A stretch of DNA of 64,000 nt from Prochlorococcus sp. AG-412-I05 (GTDB lineage Bacteria; Cyanobacteriota; Cyanobacteriia; PCC-6307; Cyanobiaceae). Where the stretch lies: the NCBI GenBank assembly GCA_003214855.1, contig QCLC01000005.1:2211-66210 (forward strand), given 5' to 3'. Both the position numbers and the translations under genes were made by a program. This document shows, piece after piece, positions 20,374 through 31,607 of the stretch; the first letter of the stretch is position 1; each line of letters opens with the position of its first letter. The notes below the pieces were generated by a model. It was not told where the DNA came from. It saw only the letters and a list, made by a program, of their open reading frames with translations, and did not search any database.

Positions 20374-21569
20374 CAAATAAAGCATCCTCTGCTGCGATCC
20401 TTCAGGGCATACAGCAGGTGGTGGGAACCAGCTCCAGGGAGAAGCCTATCTGCCTGCATGAGCCTGATTTTCAAGGGACTCAAGCCTGGACTTACGTAAA
20501 GAGTTGTCTTGATACAGGTTGGGTTAGCAGCGCTGGCAGCTGGGTGAGCCGCTTTGAGCAGGAGCTTGCTTCCTTTACTGGTGCTTCTCATGCAATCGCC
20601 GTCACCAATGGCACGGTGGCCTTGCGTTTGGCTCTACATCTTGTTGGAGTAAAACCAAACGATGAGGTGCTACTACCTTCGATGAGTTTTGTTGCCACTG
20701 CAAATGCGGTTTCGCATCTGGGGGCCATCCCCCACTTTGTGGATATTGAGCCCTCAAACCTTGGCCTAGACCCCACGGCTTTATCTTCCCGACTTGAGGC
20801 GGTGGCTAAGCAGCACCAGGGTCAATTGATTAATGGTGAATCTGGCCGGCGCATCGCAGCGGTGCTGCCAGTGCATGTTTTTGGTCATCCTGCAGAAGTT
20901 GCCAAGATTCACTCAGTAGCCGATAAATGGGGCCTACCGCTAGTTGAAGATGCAGCTGAGGCTCTGGGGAGTTGGCGCAACGATACCCACTGCGGCCTGT
21001 TTGGTGCTGTGGGCACTTTGAGCTTCAACGGAAATAAGTTGATCACAACCGGTGGTGGTGGGGCGCTGCTTACCAACGATCCGGAACTGGCCCAGCGGGC
21101 CCGACACCTTTCAACTACTGCCAAACAACCCCATCCCTGGGCTTTCGACCATGACGCTGTGGGATGGAACGACCGAATGCCCAACCTCAACGCGGCTTTG
21201 GGCGTGGCGCAGGTAGAGGATTTGAATCGACGTCTTGAAGCCAAGCGCTTGTTGGCAGAACGCTACGCAACTGTCTTTGCCGACCTGGAAGGCGTAGAGC
21301 TGATGCCTCAGCCACTTGGATGCCGCAGTAACCACTGGCTGATCAGTCTGCGCTTAACTAATGTCGACCCCATCGAGGCCAAAGCCCAGCGTCTGCAACT
21401 TTTGGAAGCTGCTCATGCTGCAGGTATTCTTTTACGCCCTATCTGGATCCCCCTACACCATCTACCGATGTACAAAACTAGCCCAGCAGGCTCGTTGGTA
21501 TTTACGAATGATCAGGCCTACAAATTGGTGAATTTGCCAAGCAGTCCACAATTGCTGAAGCAATGCTGA
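20370..21569 (+). CDS. legC: LegC-family PLP aminotransferase
   Basis: LHEPDF, WVSSAG, EDAAEALGS, SFNGNKLITTGGGG, HLSTTAK, RMPNLNAALG. Confidence 0.92.
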   Translation: MTNKASSAAILQGIQQVVGTSSREKPICLHEPDFQGTQAWTYVKSCLDTGWVSSAGSWVSRFEQELASFTGASHAIAVTNGTVALRLALHLVGVKPNDEVLLPSMSFVATANAVSHLGAIPHFVDIEPSNLGLDPTALSSRLEAVAKQHQGQLINGESGRRIAAVLPVHVFGHPAEVAKIHSVADKWGLPLVEDAAEALGSWRNDTHCGLFGAVGTLSFNGNKLITTGGGGALLTNDPELAQRARHLSTTAKQPHPWAFDHDAVGWNDRMPNLNAALGVAQVEDLNRRLEAKRLLAERYATVFADLEGVELMPQPLGCRSNHWLISLRLTNVDPIEAKAQRLQLLEAAHAAGILLRPIWIPLHHLPMYKTSPAGSLVFTNDQAYKLVNLPSSPQLLKQC

Positions 21570-21662
21570 TGTTGGCCCAAAACAAAGGCATAGAAAAGTT
21601 AATTAAGTCAATTCCTGGTACTGACTTATTCCTTTAATTATATTTTTTTGAAGTCCGGATAA

Positions 21663-22553
21663 ATGAGCAAACAGAAGCATCTAAAAATTGGTAATTTTAT
21701 GGTGAGGTGTGGGTTCACAACACCTTGGATTGATTGACCAAGATCCCTTTGTATTCATTTGCGCTAGATACAACAATCCTGATCTGTACCTAAAGGCGAA
21801 GTCAGAAGAGCTTGGCATAAGTCTTCAAATTGAAAAAGATGTTAACTCTTACTCCTTTTTGGATTTAATTGGCCATTATGAGTGCGACCTTTTCGTCTCA
21901 ATGTAGTTTCGTCAGATATTCAGAAGGCATCTCTATGCTCTACCCGAGCTTGGAACTATCAATTGCCATGCTGGAAAATTACCATTTTAAAGATGCGGAA
22001 ATATCTTAAGCTGTGCTCTTGTCAACGGCCAAAAGGAATTTGAGATTACGGTTCATTATATTTACAAGGGCATTGATACTGGTGATATTTTTCTTCGAAA
22101 ATCTTAGCCTGCTTCCGGAAAGACAACTATGGAATGTCACCAGAAAACGCTCATCATGAATACCCAGCATTTCTTTGCGAAGCAATTTGGCAAATCGCTT
22201 CTAGGCCCGCCCAGAGAGTCACTCAGGAGACAATTCATCCTTTTGGTACAGTATTTAGCCACAGGAATACAGGAGGCTAGGCGATTAATTGGACGCAAAG
22301 TTCAAGGGATATATTTAACTTCATACGTGCACTTACCAATCCAGGCCTGTCTACCCAATTATTAATCAATGGTACTATCATCCGAATAATTGGCGCTGAA
22401 ATGATTAAAGGAATGCTTTCTTATAAATGTATTCCAGGTGCAATCCTTTCAAAAGACACTAAAGGATTCCTTATAAAGACTGGAGATTCATATATTCGAA
22501 TTCTCCAATGGGAACCTGAAGTGAACCTTTCTACTGGCAAGAGATTTAGTTGA
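21663..22553 (+). pseudogene. Formyltransferase (Fmt-like sugar N-formyltransferase) pseudogene
   Basis: DLFVSM*, INCHAGKLPF*, ITVHYIYKGIDTGDIF. In-frame stops near 21906, 21990 and 22107, plus frameshifts. Confidence 0.8.
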
Positions 22554-23551
22554 TGACTCTGACAATTATTGAAGCAGGCGTTAATTACAACGGAACGCGC
22601 AAGCTAGCAAAAGAACTGATTGATGCCTTCTTCACAGCAGGTGCCGATGTTGTCAAGTTTCAATCTTTTCAGGCAAACCAACTTGCCACAGGGCAAGCTG
22701 AACAAGCTAGTTATCAAACTAAAAATCTTGGGCATTCGCAAATGCCTGAGCGAAATGCTACAGAAGCTAGAACTTAAGTTTTAAATGTATAATTCCTTGA
22801 TTGCGTATTACAAACAAAAGACAATTGAGTTTCTTTCAACGGCCTTTGATTCATTTAGTATCGAATTGCTGGCTGCTCTTCAGCTGAAACATTGGAAAAT
22901 CCCATCCGGTGAAATCACTAACCTCCCTTATCTACGCAAGATCGGATCATTAGATCAACCTGTGATCCTCTCTACCGGCATGGCTGAACTAGGTGAGATT
23001 GAGTCAGCTCTGAAGATTCTGGTTAAAGCCGGTACGGCTCGCGAAAAGATCACAGTGCTGCACTGCACCACCGAATATCCCGCTCCCGAAGAGGAAGTAA
23101 ACCTACGAGCGATGCAGACCATTGGCCAAGCGTTTGGTGTCGCTGTTGGTTATTTCGACCACACGGAGGGAATTGTGGTGCCGATCGCAGCTGTGGCTCT
23201 AGGCGCAATGGTGATCGAAAAGCACATCACCTTGGATGGCAACCCTCCAGGCCCAGACCATAAGGCCAGCCTCGAGCCTGAGAGGTTTGCCGCAATGGTA
23301 GATGGTATCCGCACGATTGAGCAGGCCATGGGTGATGGCATCAAAAGGCCCTCAGCTAGCGAGAAAATAAATATACCTATTGCAAGGAAGTCTCTGGTCG
23401 CTGCAAGAGAGATATTTGTGCCGGCGAATAATTCACTGAAGAAAATCTGACCGCCAAAAGGCCTAGCACAGGCATCTCTCCCATGCATTGGGATGATTGG
23501 ATTGGCCAAACCGCCGCCCGTGATTTTGCTGCTGATGAATTGATCGGATGA
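22553..23551 (+). pseudogene. neuB: N,N'-diacetyllegionaminate synthase (LegI/NeuB) pseudogene
   Basis: Pieces: IIEAGVNYNG...ADVVKFQ / KIPSGEITNLPYL...HCTTEYP...GYFDHT...IEKHITLD...GPDHKASL / ENLTAKRPSTGISPMHWD. At least two frameshifts; conserved NHNG and YSDH motifs are mutated. Confidence 0.85.
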
Positions 23552-24710
23552 TGAATTCTTCACGCAAAGTCTGTGTCGTTACTGGGACCCGAGCTGAATA
23601 CGGCCTCCTGAAATGGATCATGCAGGGCATTAATGATTCTGATCTTTTGGATTTGCAGTTGATTATCACTGGGATGCACCTCGCCCCCGAGTTTGGCTTA
23701 ACTGTCGCAGGCATCCAAGCAGATGACTTTAAAATTGATCGAAGGGTCGAAATGCTGCTCAGCTCCGATACACCTGTCGGGATTACCAAGTCGATGGGGA
23801 TTGGTTTGATTGGTTTCGCTGATGCTCTGCTTTTTGAAACCGGATTTAATTTTGCATTTGGGCGATCGGTTTGAAATTTTTACAGCAGCAATGATTGCCC
23901 ATCTCCCGATCGCTCATTGTAATGTTGGCGAGCGAACTGAAGGAGTGATTGATGAGCCAATCCGCCACAGTATTACGAAGATGTCGCAGCTTCATTTCGT
24001 TGCAACCGATGAATATCAGCGGAGGGTAATCCAGCTCGGCGAGGATCCAGAACGTGTCTTCAATGTCGGTGATTTGGTAATAGACGGCATCCAGCGTCTT
24101 GATTTAATGAGCCGAGAAGATCTTGAACTTGCATTGGGTTTCAAATTGCCCTCAAGAAACTTATTAATCACTTTTCATCCTGTTACTCTAGAGAATAATA
24201 CAAGTGCAAAGCAGATGAATAAATTACTTACCTCTCTTGGAGAAATTAAAGAGACCAGATTGATTTTTACGATGCCAAATGCCGATACAGAAGGACGCAT
24301 TTTATTTAGACATATTAACGACTTTTGCAATGAGAAGCCTAATGCTAAAGCTTTTACCTCGCTCGGTCAGTTACGCTACCTTTCTTGCATGCAGCATGTT
24401 GATGGAGTTGTTGATAATTCTTCTAGCGGTCTTATGGAGACACCAAGTATTAAAAAGGGAATGATCAATATTGTCGATCGCCAGCGTGGCCGCATAAAAG
24501 CTGAAAGCGTGATTGATTGTAGTCCAAATCGCAAGGCTATTGATAAGGCTATAGAAAAAACTATTTGCTATAGAGTTTCAGATAAGTCTCGAGAAGATTT
24601 AGAATCCCTATGGCAATGGTGGAGCAAGTGATGAAATTCTCAAAACCCTTGAGCAAATATCGTTTAATAAATTACTGAAAAAAACTTTTTACAATATAAC
24701 TTCAGTATGA
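23548..24710 (+). pseudogene. neuC: Hydrolysing NDP-sugar 2-epimerase (LegG/NeuC) pseudogene
   Basis: VVTGTRAEYGLL, TGMHL / LGDRFE, IRHSITK, TFHPVTLE, VVDNSSSG / NPYGNGGAS. Frameshifts near 23830 and 24560; HGGE and GNSSSG motifs altered. Confidence 0.85.
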
Positions 24711-25587
24711 GAATTGTATTTATTGGTGCAGTTGCCTATTCTGCGAATACCTTACGAAAACTGATTGCGATGCAAGCGGAAATTGTAGGTGTATGCACTT
24801 TATCTAAATCTTCGTTCAATAGTGATCATACAGACTTAACTCCTATTGCAAATTTGGCTTGGATACCAGCAATTGATGCCATTGATATTAATGCACAAGA
24901 GACACTATGTGCAATCAATGAATGGAAGCCTGATGTCATTTTTTTCTTTGGCTGGTCACGGCTAATTAAGCGCCCTTTGCTTGATCTCACGCCCCTTGGC
25001 GTAATTGGCTTTCGCCCAGCAGCGCTAACTGCCAATCGTGGTCGACACCCCTTGATTTGGGCGTTAGTTCTTGGTTTGTCAGAAACTGCATCAACATTTT
25101 TTTTATGGACGAAGGTGCTGATAGTGGAGACATCCTTTCGCAGCAGACGGTTCCAATTTCTTATCAAGATGATGCTAGTAGCTTGTATGAACTTATGACT
25201 AAAACTGCTCTTAATCAGATTAGTCATTTCCTCCCTAGTATGATAAATGGTAGTTTTACACGAAAGTCTCAAAGCAAGCTAAAGATCAATGTTTGGCGGA
25301 AACGTCTACGAGTAGACGGGGAAATTGGTTGGGGAATGGCGGCAGAATCAATTTACAATCTTGTACGTGGACTCACTCATCCTTATGTAGGTGCTCACTT
25401 TGATTTTGAGGGTAACTCGATCAAGGTCTGGACCACCGCTTTAGAAGAAGATGTTCCTATAAATATTGAACCTGGCAAGGTTTTGGAAAGTGGCAATGGT
25501 GCTCCTCTTGTAAAGGCTGGAATTGGAGACATTAGATTGCTTGATATAGAACCGAAAGTAACCTTGCCCCCTGGTACTTATCTTTGA
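24707..25587 (+). pseudogene. Formyltransferase, frameshifted
   Basis: FFGWSRLI, GFRPAALTANRGRHPLIW, then MDEGADSGDILSQ in another frame. Shift falls at the T8 run 25097-25104. Confidence 0.8.
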
Positions 25588-26255
25588 AAACCCTAGTGAT
25601 TGCACTCCACACCGACGACGAGCTCCTCGGTTGTGGAGGAACGTTTTTACGCCGAGCCGCAGAAGGCCAGATAGTGAGTTGGGTATTGATGACTGCGATA
25701 ACAAAAGAAGCTGGCTGGAGCCAAAAATAAATTAATCAGAGTTTTGATGAAATCGAGAAAGTTCGCAAGGGTTTACATATCGAACGCGAGAATTTCTACC
25801 AGCTTGATTTTTTCTTCTGCTGAGCTGGATCACCTTTACATACGCAACATAATAGCTCGTCTATCTGATGCAGTTAAACATTTTGAGCCAAATGAGGTTT
25901 TGTTACCACATCCTGGGGATGTGCACAATGATCATTGTGTGACATTTGAGGTCGCCAGTGCATGCACCAAGTGCTTTAGATAGCCATTTGTCAAACGAAT
26001 ACTGACATACGAAAAAATCTCTGAGACTGATTTCTCCCTAGGCTTGCCTACAGACACATTTAGGCCAAACCTATTTATTAACATAGAGAATTATCTTGAG
26101 AAAAAGATATCATTGCTGTCTATTTATAGCTCTGAGTTTCAAGATCCTCCTTTTCCACGAAGTTTTAAATCATTTCGTGCTCTACACATTTAAGAGGAGC
26201 ACACATGGGTTGCAAGTCAGCCGAGTTCTTTCAGCTATTAAAACAAATCGAATAA
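25584..26255 (+). pseudogene. PIG-L family deacetylase pseudogene
   Basis: MKTLVIALHTDDELLGCGG, PHPGDVHNDH, R*PFVKRILTYE, FRPNLFINI, PFPRS; stops and frameshifts. Confidence 0.8.
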
Positions 26256-26511
26256 ATATTATTTAAAAGTTTGACAGATTTTAAAAACAGGTTAGCTTAA
26301 ATAAGCAGCTTTCTATTAAGACTCTGCAGAACCCAAGCCTTCATTGGGGAAGCATCGTTGGGGTCTTATGGCATCACCTTTTAATATAATAAAAACAGCT
26401 CATGCTATCTCACGAGTAACAAACCTAAACAGGGAAATGAATTCCTCCTAGCAAAGATGTTTTAATAAAAACATCCACAAATCTACACTCCTATCCGTTG
26501 CGTTTTCTCCA

Positions 26512-28296
26512 TTGAACAGAATCAATGAAATTCTAGATCTGCTTTTGCCTTCTGAAAGGCGGCAAGTTGGATTGATGATCGCTTTGATGATAATTACAGC
26601 TGCGTTTGAAATGACTGGTGTTGCCTCAATCATGCCATTCATTGCGGTTCTAAGCAATCCCGAATCAGCACAGAGCAACACAGCACTTAGAGCCCTTTAC
26701 ATTTTTTTCGGTTTCTCCAATGCACAGCATTTCAGACTATTTCTTGGCGTGACGGTTTTCGCGTTGCTGTTGGCATCAATCGGCATGAAAGCAATCAATG
26801 CCCTAATGCAGTACCGCTTTACCTTGAGGAGCGAATACAGCATTGGCCGTCGCTTGATCGAGAACTATCTGCACCAGCCCTACAGCTGGTTCCTTAATAA
26901 GCACAGCGCAGAACTAGCAAAAAATATTTTATCAGAGGTCACAACAGCTTCTTCAAGTATTGGTGCACTAATGATTCTGATTAGCAAATCATTCGTTGTC
27001 ATCTCCCTGCTTGTATTGTTACTTGCAGTCAACATAAATCTAACCCTTTTCACAAGCATTATACTACTAATATTTTACACTGTTATCGTCAGAGGAATAA
27101 GATCTTTCACCACCCGTCTAGGCAAGGCATCATTTACCGAAAATGCAAATCGCTATAGTGCTGCAAGTGAAGCCTTTGGCGCTGCTAAAGAGGTGAAAGT
27201 AGGAGGGTTGGAAAGAGTTTACATAAAGCGATTTGCAAAACCTGCTGAACACTATGCACAAACAAGAACTAAGGTGCTAATTGCAAGAGAGTTGCCTCGA
27301 TACTTACTTGAATCTATCGTATTTGGAGGTATTCTATTATTTACTAATATATCCATAGCCAATAGCAATGGTATTGAAGAGACACTCCCAATTCTCTCAG
27401 TTTTTGCTTTTGCGGCACTGCGATTAATGCCTGCTTCCCAAGAAATATATACAGCAATTATCACATTACGTGTTGGCTTTCCTGCCTTGGATAAAATTTA
27501 TAGGGATTTAATAATAGACAAAAATATTGACTGCCAACAAACACAGTCGAGTATCCCTCAACTCCAAAACAAAATCGAACTCAACAACATCACATTTTCC
27601 TATCCCAAGGCATCGCAACCTAGCCTCAGAAACCTCGATCTCACGATTCCTGCCAACAAAACCGTTGGATTGGTGGGCTCCACTGGCAGCGGCAAGACGA
27701 CCACAGTGGATGTAATTCTGGGGTTGCTAACGCCTCAGGAAGGTAACCTCATTGTGGATGAACAGGTAATTGACAGCTCAAACACTCGTACTTGGCAAAA
27801 GCAGATCGGTTATGTACCACAACAGATTTATTTATCAGACGACAGTGTGGCTGCCAACATTGCCTTTGGAGTTGATCCGGATCAAATCGAAAAAGAGGCC
27901 GTTGTGAGGGCAGCCAGTCTTGCGAACTTGCATTCATTTGTGACAGGCCAACTACCTGCAGGCTATGAGACAAAAGTAGGTGAACGCGGCGTGAGGCTTT
28001 CGGGTGGGCAGAGGCAGAGAATAGGAATTGCTCGCGCGCTTTACCACAATCCAACGATATTAATTATGGACGAAGCGACCAGTGCATTGGATAATCTCAC
28101 AGAGAAGGCTGTGATGGAAGCTGTTAATAACCTTAGCCGCAGAATTACAATTATTCTGATCGCCCATCGCCTAACAACAGTGCGCCAATGCGATTGCATT
28201 TTTCTCTTAGAAGAAGGACATGTGAAGGCAGCTGGGACATATGATCAGCTCCAAGCATCCAATCCAACCTTCCAGAGAATGACTGGATCGGCGTAA
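26512..28296 (+). CDS. ABC transporter, fused permease/ATPase (PglK/MsbA-like glycan flippase)
   Basis: About six TM segments; Walker A GSTGSGKTT, signature LSGGQRQR, Walker B ILIMDEATSALD, IAHRL. Confidence 0.92.
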   Translation: MNRINEILDLLLPSERRQVGLMIALMIITAAFEMTGVASIMPFIAVLSNPESAQSNTALRALYIFFGFSNAQHFRLFLGVTVFALLLASIGMKAINALMQYRFTLRSEYSIGRRLIENYLHQPYSWFLNKHSAELAKNILSEVTTASSSIGALMILISKSFVVISLLVLLLAVNINLTLFTSIILLIFYTVIVRGIRSFTTRLGKASFTENANRYSAASEAFGAAKEVKVGGLERVYIKRFAKPAEHYAQTRTKVLIARELPRYLLESIVFGGILLFTNISIANSNGIEETLPILSVFAFAALRLMPASQEIYTAIITLRVGFPALDKIYRDLIIDKNIDCQQTQSSIPQLQNKIELNNITFSYPKASQPSLRNLDLTIPANKTVGLVGSTGSGKTTTVDVILGLLTPQEGNLIVDEQVIDSSNTRTWQKQIGYVPQQIYLSDDSVAANIAFGVDPDQIEKEAVVRAASLANLHSFVTGQLPAGYETKVGERGVRLSGGQRQRIGIARALYHNPTILIMDEATSALDNLTEKAVMEAVNNLSRRITIILIAHRLTTVRQCDCIFLLEEGHVKAAGTYDQLQASNPTFQRMTGSA

Positions 28297-28468
28297 TAAG
28301 TTTAGGAATCAGGATTGAAACCTTCATTCAAATATCTTTAACATCAACATACTATTAATTATAATCTAAGAATTAACACGCTCCATTCAAGGATTATCTT
28401 TCTATTGTGTCAAGCAATCGCGAACTGCAAAGGATCGTAGTGCTAGAGTTTCGTAAATATTTGAAAAG

Positions 28469-29674
28469 ATGGCATTTAGACGAGTGTTGGGCAAATTACG
28501 TTTATTCTATAAATTATATGTGGCTGCACCCAAAGATTGGCGCCCCCCAAGGTTATGTGAGGTGCTGATATACGACGACAACACAACGGCACACCTAGAG
28601 CCATACTTGAAGGATAGAAGTGTATCGGTTCTATTAACAGGGGGGGAATTAATTAATGTAACTGCCTTACTTCATGCGATTACACAGCGGGCCTTCTGGA
28701 AAGGCAAGTTCTACTTAGCGTACATTGTTGCCTTCGTTAAGGCATCGAAACCAAAACTGGTAGTGACAATTGTTGATAACATTTCAAACTTTTACCAGAT
28801 TTCAAAAAGCTGCGGGGTGACCACCGCCTTTATTCAGAACGGCATTAGAGGAAGTAAATATGGTGATGTCTTTTTCGAGTTACCCCGTACCAGAGATAGA
28901 GATTGCCATGTCGATCATATGTTGGTGTTTGGATCAGCAATTGGCAAGAAATATCAGAGTTATATATCAGGCGAAATAACAGTTATTGGTTCCTTTAAAA
29001 ATAATCTAGTTAGCAAGTCAAAGCTAAAAACCACTCCTAGCGTCCTGTTTATTTCCCAGTATAGGAAAGAACCTAAAAATAACGCCCCTTTGCATTATGA
29101 AGAAGAGGGTCTTGTTCCGATTAGCCATGATTCCTTTTTTTCAAGCGAGCGCATTTTGCTCAACTTTCTTGCGAATTGGTGTGTCAATAACAATAAAACA
29201 TTAAAAATAGCAGCTTGCGGAAGGCATTGCGACAAGGACTGCAGCGAAGCGGATTTTTATGAATCAATTTGTGGCCTTAGCTCTTACAGCTTCATACCTC
29301 ATTTAGAGCCTTACGATACATACAAACTTATCGATGCCACCGAAATAGTTGTTACTATTGATTCAACAATGGGACTTGAGGCTATAGCACGTGGAAAAAA
29401 AACAGCCTTTTTCAACACTCGCGGGATGGAAACAAAAAATACAACATTTTTAAGGGTTGGAGATGAATTTGGCTGGCCTGCCGAGCTGCCGGACCACGGC
29501 CCCTTTTGGACAAATCATCGAGACGAGAAAGAAGTTAAGCGCATCATGGACTATCTCTGCAAAGTAAGCGATCAGGAATTTGAGGAGACCTGGCAGCAAT
29601 ATAAACTGGAACTCATGGACTATGATTCCGGCAACACACGCTTTGTTGCCTTACTAGATCGTCTCTTGTCCTGA
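28469..29674 (+). CDS. Surface-carbohydrate biosynthesis protein, putative GT-B (CMP-ulosonate) transferase
   Basis: KPKLVVTIVDN, AFIQNGIR, IGSFKNN, IVVTIDSTMGLEAIARGKK, FGWP...GPFW; resembles orphan families in rfb loci. Confidence 0.6.
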   Translation: MAFRRVLGKLRLFYKLYVAAPKDWRPPRLCEVLIYDDNTTAHLEPYLKDRSVSVLLTGGELINVTALLHAITQRAFWKGKFYLAYIVAFVKASKPKLVVTIVDNISNFYQISKSCGVTTAFIQNGIRGSKYGDVFFELPRTRDRDCHVDHMLVFGSAIGKKYQSYISGEITVIGSFKNNLVSKSKLKTTPSVLFISQYRKEPKNNAPLHYEEEGLVPISHDSFFSSERILLNFLANWCVNNNKTLKIAACGRHCDKDCSEADFYESICGLSSYSFIPHLEPYDTYKLIDATEIVVTIDSTMGLEAIARGKKTAFFNTRGMETKNTTFLRVGDEFGWPAELPDHGPFWTNHRDEKEVKRIMDYLCKVSDQEFEETWQQYKLELMDYDSGNTRFVALLDRLLS

Positions 29675-29837
29675 GCTGTATTTTTCCATTGGGTTTCTTC
29701 TAGGGAAGAAACTCTCCAATTCCTTCATTTATGGTATGTCGATCCAAGTAACCGATGGCTCAGAGTTGCGACAGCATTTTACGTTCCAAACAAAAACTTG
29801 TTTGCATTCATATAGATAAACCAAAAGAGAAAGCTCT

Positions 29838-30941
29838 ATGAACATACTAGACACAAACATCAAGAATGTCCGCAATGTATTGCGCTACACCATCGGAGCA
29901 GGTTCTCTAACTGAATTACCCAATCTGCTGGAGCGGCGCAGGACATTACATGGCGGCCCAGTGGTGTTTTTCATTGATGAATTCTTCCAGTCCCAGCCCG
30001 ACATCATTAGCCATTTGTACCTAAGCACAAACGACCATGCCATTTACGTACCAACCAAAGAGGAACCCTGTACCGACCAGGTAGACCAGATTGTTACGAA
30101 ATTACAAGCCGATGGCCTAAACGAACCTGCTGCCATCGTCGGCATGGGTGGCGGAATTGTGCTGGATGTGGCCAAGGCTGTAGCCAATCTGCTCACCAAC
30201 GGTGGCCTTGCCGAGGACTATCAGGGCTGGGATCTTGTAAAGGTACCCGCCATTTATAAAGTGGCCGTCCCCACGATTTCGGGCACTGGGGCAGAGGCCA
30301 CCCGAACCTGCGTGATGACCAACAAGCGCAGTGGGCTGAAACTTGGAATGAATAGCGACTTCACTGTCTATGACCAGATCGTCATGGATCCAGAACTGAC
30401 GGCAACAGTTCCCCGCAATCAATATTTCTATACCGGAATGGATGCCTATATCCACTGTGTGGAGGCATTGGCTGGTCGTTATCGCAATGCCATCGGAGAT
30501 GCATACTCAAGAGAGACCATTAATCTGTGTCGCCAGGTTTTTCTAGACGGCGACATGAAGAGTTCCTTGAACCGCGAACGGCTTATGGTTGCTTCCTATC
30601 TAGGGGGCTGTGCTATTGCTACTAGTTATGTTGGTTTAATTCACCCCTTCTCGGCAGGTTTGAGCGTGGTACTGGGCCTGCATCACTGCGTGGCGAACTG
30701 CATCGTGATGCGGGCCATGCAACCCTACTACCCAGAGTTCTACGAAGAGTTCTGGGCAATGGTAAATAAGCAGGGCATAAGTATCCCAGAGGGCGTTGCG
30801 CAAAATTTGAGTGATGATAAGTATGAACAGTTATTCGCCTCGACCATCATTCACCAAAAGCCGCTGACCAATGCCCTGGGCGAAACCTATCGCGATATTT
30901 TGACTCCTGACAAGGTGCAATCTATCTTCAAGAAGATTTAA
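29838..30941 (+). CDS. kdnB: Iron-containing alcohol dehydrogenase, KdnB-like (Kdo 8-oxidase family)
   Basis: GMGGGIVLDVAKAV, YQGWDLV, PTISGTGAEATRT, KLGMNSDFTVYDQI, YTGMDAYIHCVE; paired with a kdnA-like gene. Confidence 0.8.
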   Translation: MNILDTNIKNVRNVLRYTIGAGSLTELPNLLERRRTLHGGPVVFFIDEFFQSQPDIISHLYLSTNDHAIYVPTKEEPCTDQVDQIVTKLQADGLNEPAAIVGMGGGIVLDVAKAVANLLTNGGLAEDYQGWDLVKVPAIYKVAVPTISGTGAEATRTCVMTNKRSGLKLGMNSDFTVYDQIVMDPELTATVPRNQYFYTGMDAYIHCVEALAGRYRNAIGDAYSRETINLCRQVFLDGDMKSSLNRERLMVASYLGGCAIATSYVGLIHPFSAGLSVVLGLHHCVANCIVMRAMQPYYPEFYEEFWAMVNKQGISIPEGVAQNLSDDKYEQLFASTIIHQKPLTNALGETYRDILTPDKVQSIFKKI

Positions 30942-30942
30942 T

Positions 30943-31596
30943 GTGACTGAGTATCATAAGTACGTGTTTAACACCGAGGAGCGCACATTTGTTGGTAAGT
31001 TTGAAGAGATGTACCAACAAGAAAAAGATTCTGTCTTCGACAGTTGGCATCAGGAAGATTCGCGGCAGCTGAACCGAAAGATTGCCCTGGAAATACTAAG
31101 TGAGTACAACTTTGATCGCATCGTCGACATTGGTACAGGTAAAGGTGCGCTAACCCATCAGCTGAAGCGTTGCAATAATGAAGTCATTGGTTTGGATATC
31201 TCGCCAACCGCAGTGGAGGTAGCTAGATCACGTTTCCCAGATATCATTTTCGATGTTGTGGACGTCAATGATGTAGTTGGCTTCATGGATTACTACGACC
31301 GGCAGCTCCTTGACAACAATGAGAATAGATCGAATAGCATTGAGACTGTTGATCTTGTCTTTACCTCCGAATGCCTTTCCTACATCGAACACTGGCGTGA
31401 TTTGCTGGCCAGCCTAGCTAGCCGTACCCGCTTCTTGATGATTGTTTTATTTCTCCCTGACAATCCAATTGGCTTCGTGAAAAACATCGACGAATTAGAA
31501 CTGGAAGTCAGCCGGTTTTTTGAAGTCCTAGAAATGGTCATCCTCAGGCAAAGCCGATTCGTCATAATCTTTGCGCAAAGCCTTCCTATCAAATAA
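30943..31596 (+). CDS. Class I SAM-dependent methyltransferase
   Basis: IVDIGTGKG, IGLDIS, DLVFTSECLSYI. Confidence 0.85.
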   Translation: MTEYHKYVFNTEERTFVGKFEEMYQQEKDSVFDSWHQEDSRQLNRKIALEILSEYNFDRIVDIGTGKGALTHQLKRCNNEVIGLDISPTAVEVARSRFPDIIFDVVDVNDVVGFMDYYDRQLLDNNENRSNSIETVDLVFTSECLSYIEHWRDLLASLASRTRFLMIVLFLPDNPIGFVKNIDELELEVSRFFEVLEMVILRQSRFVIIFAQSLPIK

Positions 31597-31607
31597 GCGA
31601 GCACACA

